This document shows, in pieces, positions 60,210-61,433 of a stretch of 61,433 nucleotides of DNA. The notes under the pieces were generated by a model that did not search any database, was not told the DNA's origin, and saw only the letters and a list, made by a program, of their open reading frames with translations. Numbering within the stretch: the first letter of the stretch is position 1; every line of letters begins with the position of its first letter. The stretch is taken from IMG/VR virus record IMGVR_UViG_3300032307_000254, positions 1 to 61,433 of that record; one strand, given 5' to 3'. This DNA is from a virus (Duplodnaviria > Caudoviricetes). Position numbers and translations under genes: made by a program.

Positions 60210-60290
60210 CGCCCCGTTTCATTACCTGAGTAACGAACGCCCGCCCCGATTGCGCCGCGCCCCGTTTCATTACCTGAGTAACGAACGCCC
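60210..60290 (+). repeat. 33-bp perfect direct repeat x2 (period 48 bp) containing TTACCTGAGTAA
   Basis: CGCCCCGTTTCATTACCTGAGTAACGAACGCCC at 60210-60242 and 60258-60290. Confidence 0.95.
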
Positions 60291-60376
60291 CTCTTGCATT
60301 ATGTAGCACAATATGAGACAACAATCGGGCGGGGCGGACTGTCCGCTCGCGCCTAGTAATAGAGGGATTTGATACC

Positions 60377-61180
60377 ATGGCTAACCGTAATGCTGCTGCT
60401 AACCGCGTGACCGCTTCAAACCTTGTCAGCGCGTCGCTGTCATCTGTTGAGGCGGGGCTGTTGTTGCCGCTCGCCGCGCAAACCGCTGTGCAAGGCAAGG
60501 CCAAAATAGACGAGGGCAAGGCCAAGGGAGCCGCCGCGCTTGCTGTGATGATTGCGGGATTTGCCAGCGATGAAATCGCCGCCCGCCCTTGGACGTTTGA
60601 CATCACAGTGAAGGGCGATGTCCATCATCACGTTGAGACTGTCGGCTATGCCGATAAGGGCAATGATGACGCGGCATGGGCGCGCAACGGCGAGGGCGCG
60701 GTCAGCAAGGCGGCGCTTGGGGCGTATAAGACAGCCTTCCAATCCGAATTTTTCAACCTGCCTGAAAATGTCCCTGCCATTTGGACTATGACAGGCAAGG
60801 CGATTGACGCCGCCCGCGCTATCCGCGCTGAGGGGATGACAGCCGCCATTGAGGGCGGCAAGCTGGTGCTGACCGGCGGCACGGGTGAACGCGCTGACGC
60901 AATGCGCGGCGCGACTAGCCTCAACGCGCTGGCAAAGGCTGTCGGCGGCGAGACTGGCACAAACCGCGAGACGCACGGCAATGCCAAGGGCGCGGGCGAG
61001 GGCGAGGGCGCGGGCGATGAACGCCGCGTTGCCACGCCGGAAGAAATCCTGTCGGCGGCGCTTCGGATTGTTGAAGGGGTGAAGCGGGGCGAAGTTGCCC
61101 TAACATCTGCCGCCCTGTCCTATGCCCGCCGCATCGCCGTGCTTGTCGCTGCCGATAATGGCGCAGACTTTGACGATTGA
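60377..61180 (+). CDS. Ala-rich hypothetical protein, probable first early gene
   Basis: GAGGGA RBS, 267 aa, own terminator. Confidence 0.8.
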   Translation: MANRNAAANRVTASNLVSASLSSVEAGLLLPLAAQTAVQGKAKIDEGKAKGAAALAVMIAGFASDEIAARPWTFDITVKGDVHHHVETVGYADKGNDDAAWARNGEGAVSKAALGAYKTAFQSEFFNLPENVPAIWTMTGKAIDAARAIRAEGMTAAIEGGKLVLTGGTGERADAMRGATSLNALAKAVGGETGTNRETHGNAKGAGEGEGAGDERRVATPEEILSAALRIVEGVKRGEVALTSAALSYARRIAVLVAADNGADFDD

Positions 61181-61185
61181 CCCTA

Positions 61186-61252
61186 GCGGGGGGCGCAACG
61201 CCCCCCGCCCCGCCCTGAACCCCGCTAGGCCATGGCCTAGCGGGGTTTTTTT
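61186..61252 (+). terminator. tandem hairpins with intrinsic terminator
   Basis: GCGGGGGGCG-caa-CGCCCCCCGC, then AACCCCGCTAGGCC/GGCCTAGCGGGGTT with T7. Confidence 0.85.
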
Positions 61253-61321
61253 ATGTCCGCAACCCGCGCCGCGTGGCGCGGCCCCGTGATAGTTGATGAT
61301 AGTTAGGGTGGGCGGTCGGCC

Positions 61322-61432
61322 TTAGGTGTCGTCGTCCTCGTCGTCATCAAGCCACGCGGACATATCGAAGCTGGGCGTAGGCTTAGGGGCTACGTTGTTA
61401 TCCGTAACGGGAGGGGGCGCGTCCAATTCGCC
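61322..61432 (-). CDS. C-terminal end of a gene truncated at the window edge
   Basis: Open frame ...GELDAPPPVTDNNVAPKPTPSFDMSAWLDDDEDDDT-stop. Confidence 0.5.
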   Translation of the reverse strand, partial: GELDAPPPVTDNNVAPKPTPSFDMSAWLDDDEDDDT

Positions 61433-61433
61433 A

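Overview
The window is most of a GC-rich, double-stranded DNA tailed phage genome (Caudoviricetes, podovirus-like). It is cut inside genes at both ends. No integrase, RNA polymerase, CRISPR array or reverse transcriptase is recognisable. There are two convergent arms. The + strand early/replication arm (1-20698, resuming at 60377) has a tandem array of Gly-rich mini-genes, a VWA-metallopeptidase/AAA+ module, family-A DNA polymerase, nucleases, an SNF2 helicase, an SSB-like protein and a primase-helicase. The - strand late arm (59890 down to 20793) has tRNA-Pro, terminase, portal, GroES-like protein, scaffold, Mu gpT-like major capsid, small basic proteins, tail fibres, a GH19 lysis cassette, tail tubular proteins and large internal virion proteins. 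The most striking observation is a candidate antisense RNA regulon. About 13 early genes share an extended ribosome-binding motif, (A)AGGAGCAAAC. Its exact reverse complement (GUUUGCUCCUU) sits in the first stem-loop of a ~75-nt, three-hairpin non-coding element at the end of the early arm (20711-20786), with its own promoter-like and terminator sequences. Other candidates are a pseudoknotted RNA after the capsid gene, two families of operator-like sites, and a recurring [M/Y/F/L]-x-x-G-G motif in virion proteins. All product calls come from motif recognition by eye; no database searches were run.
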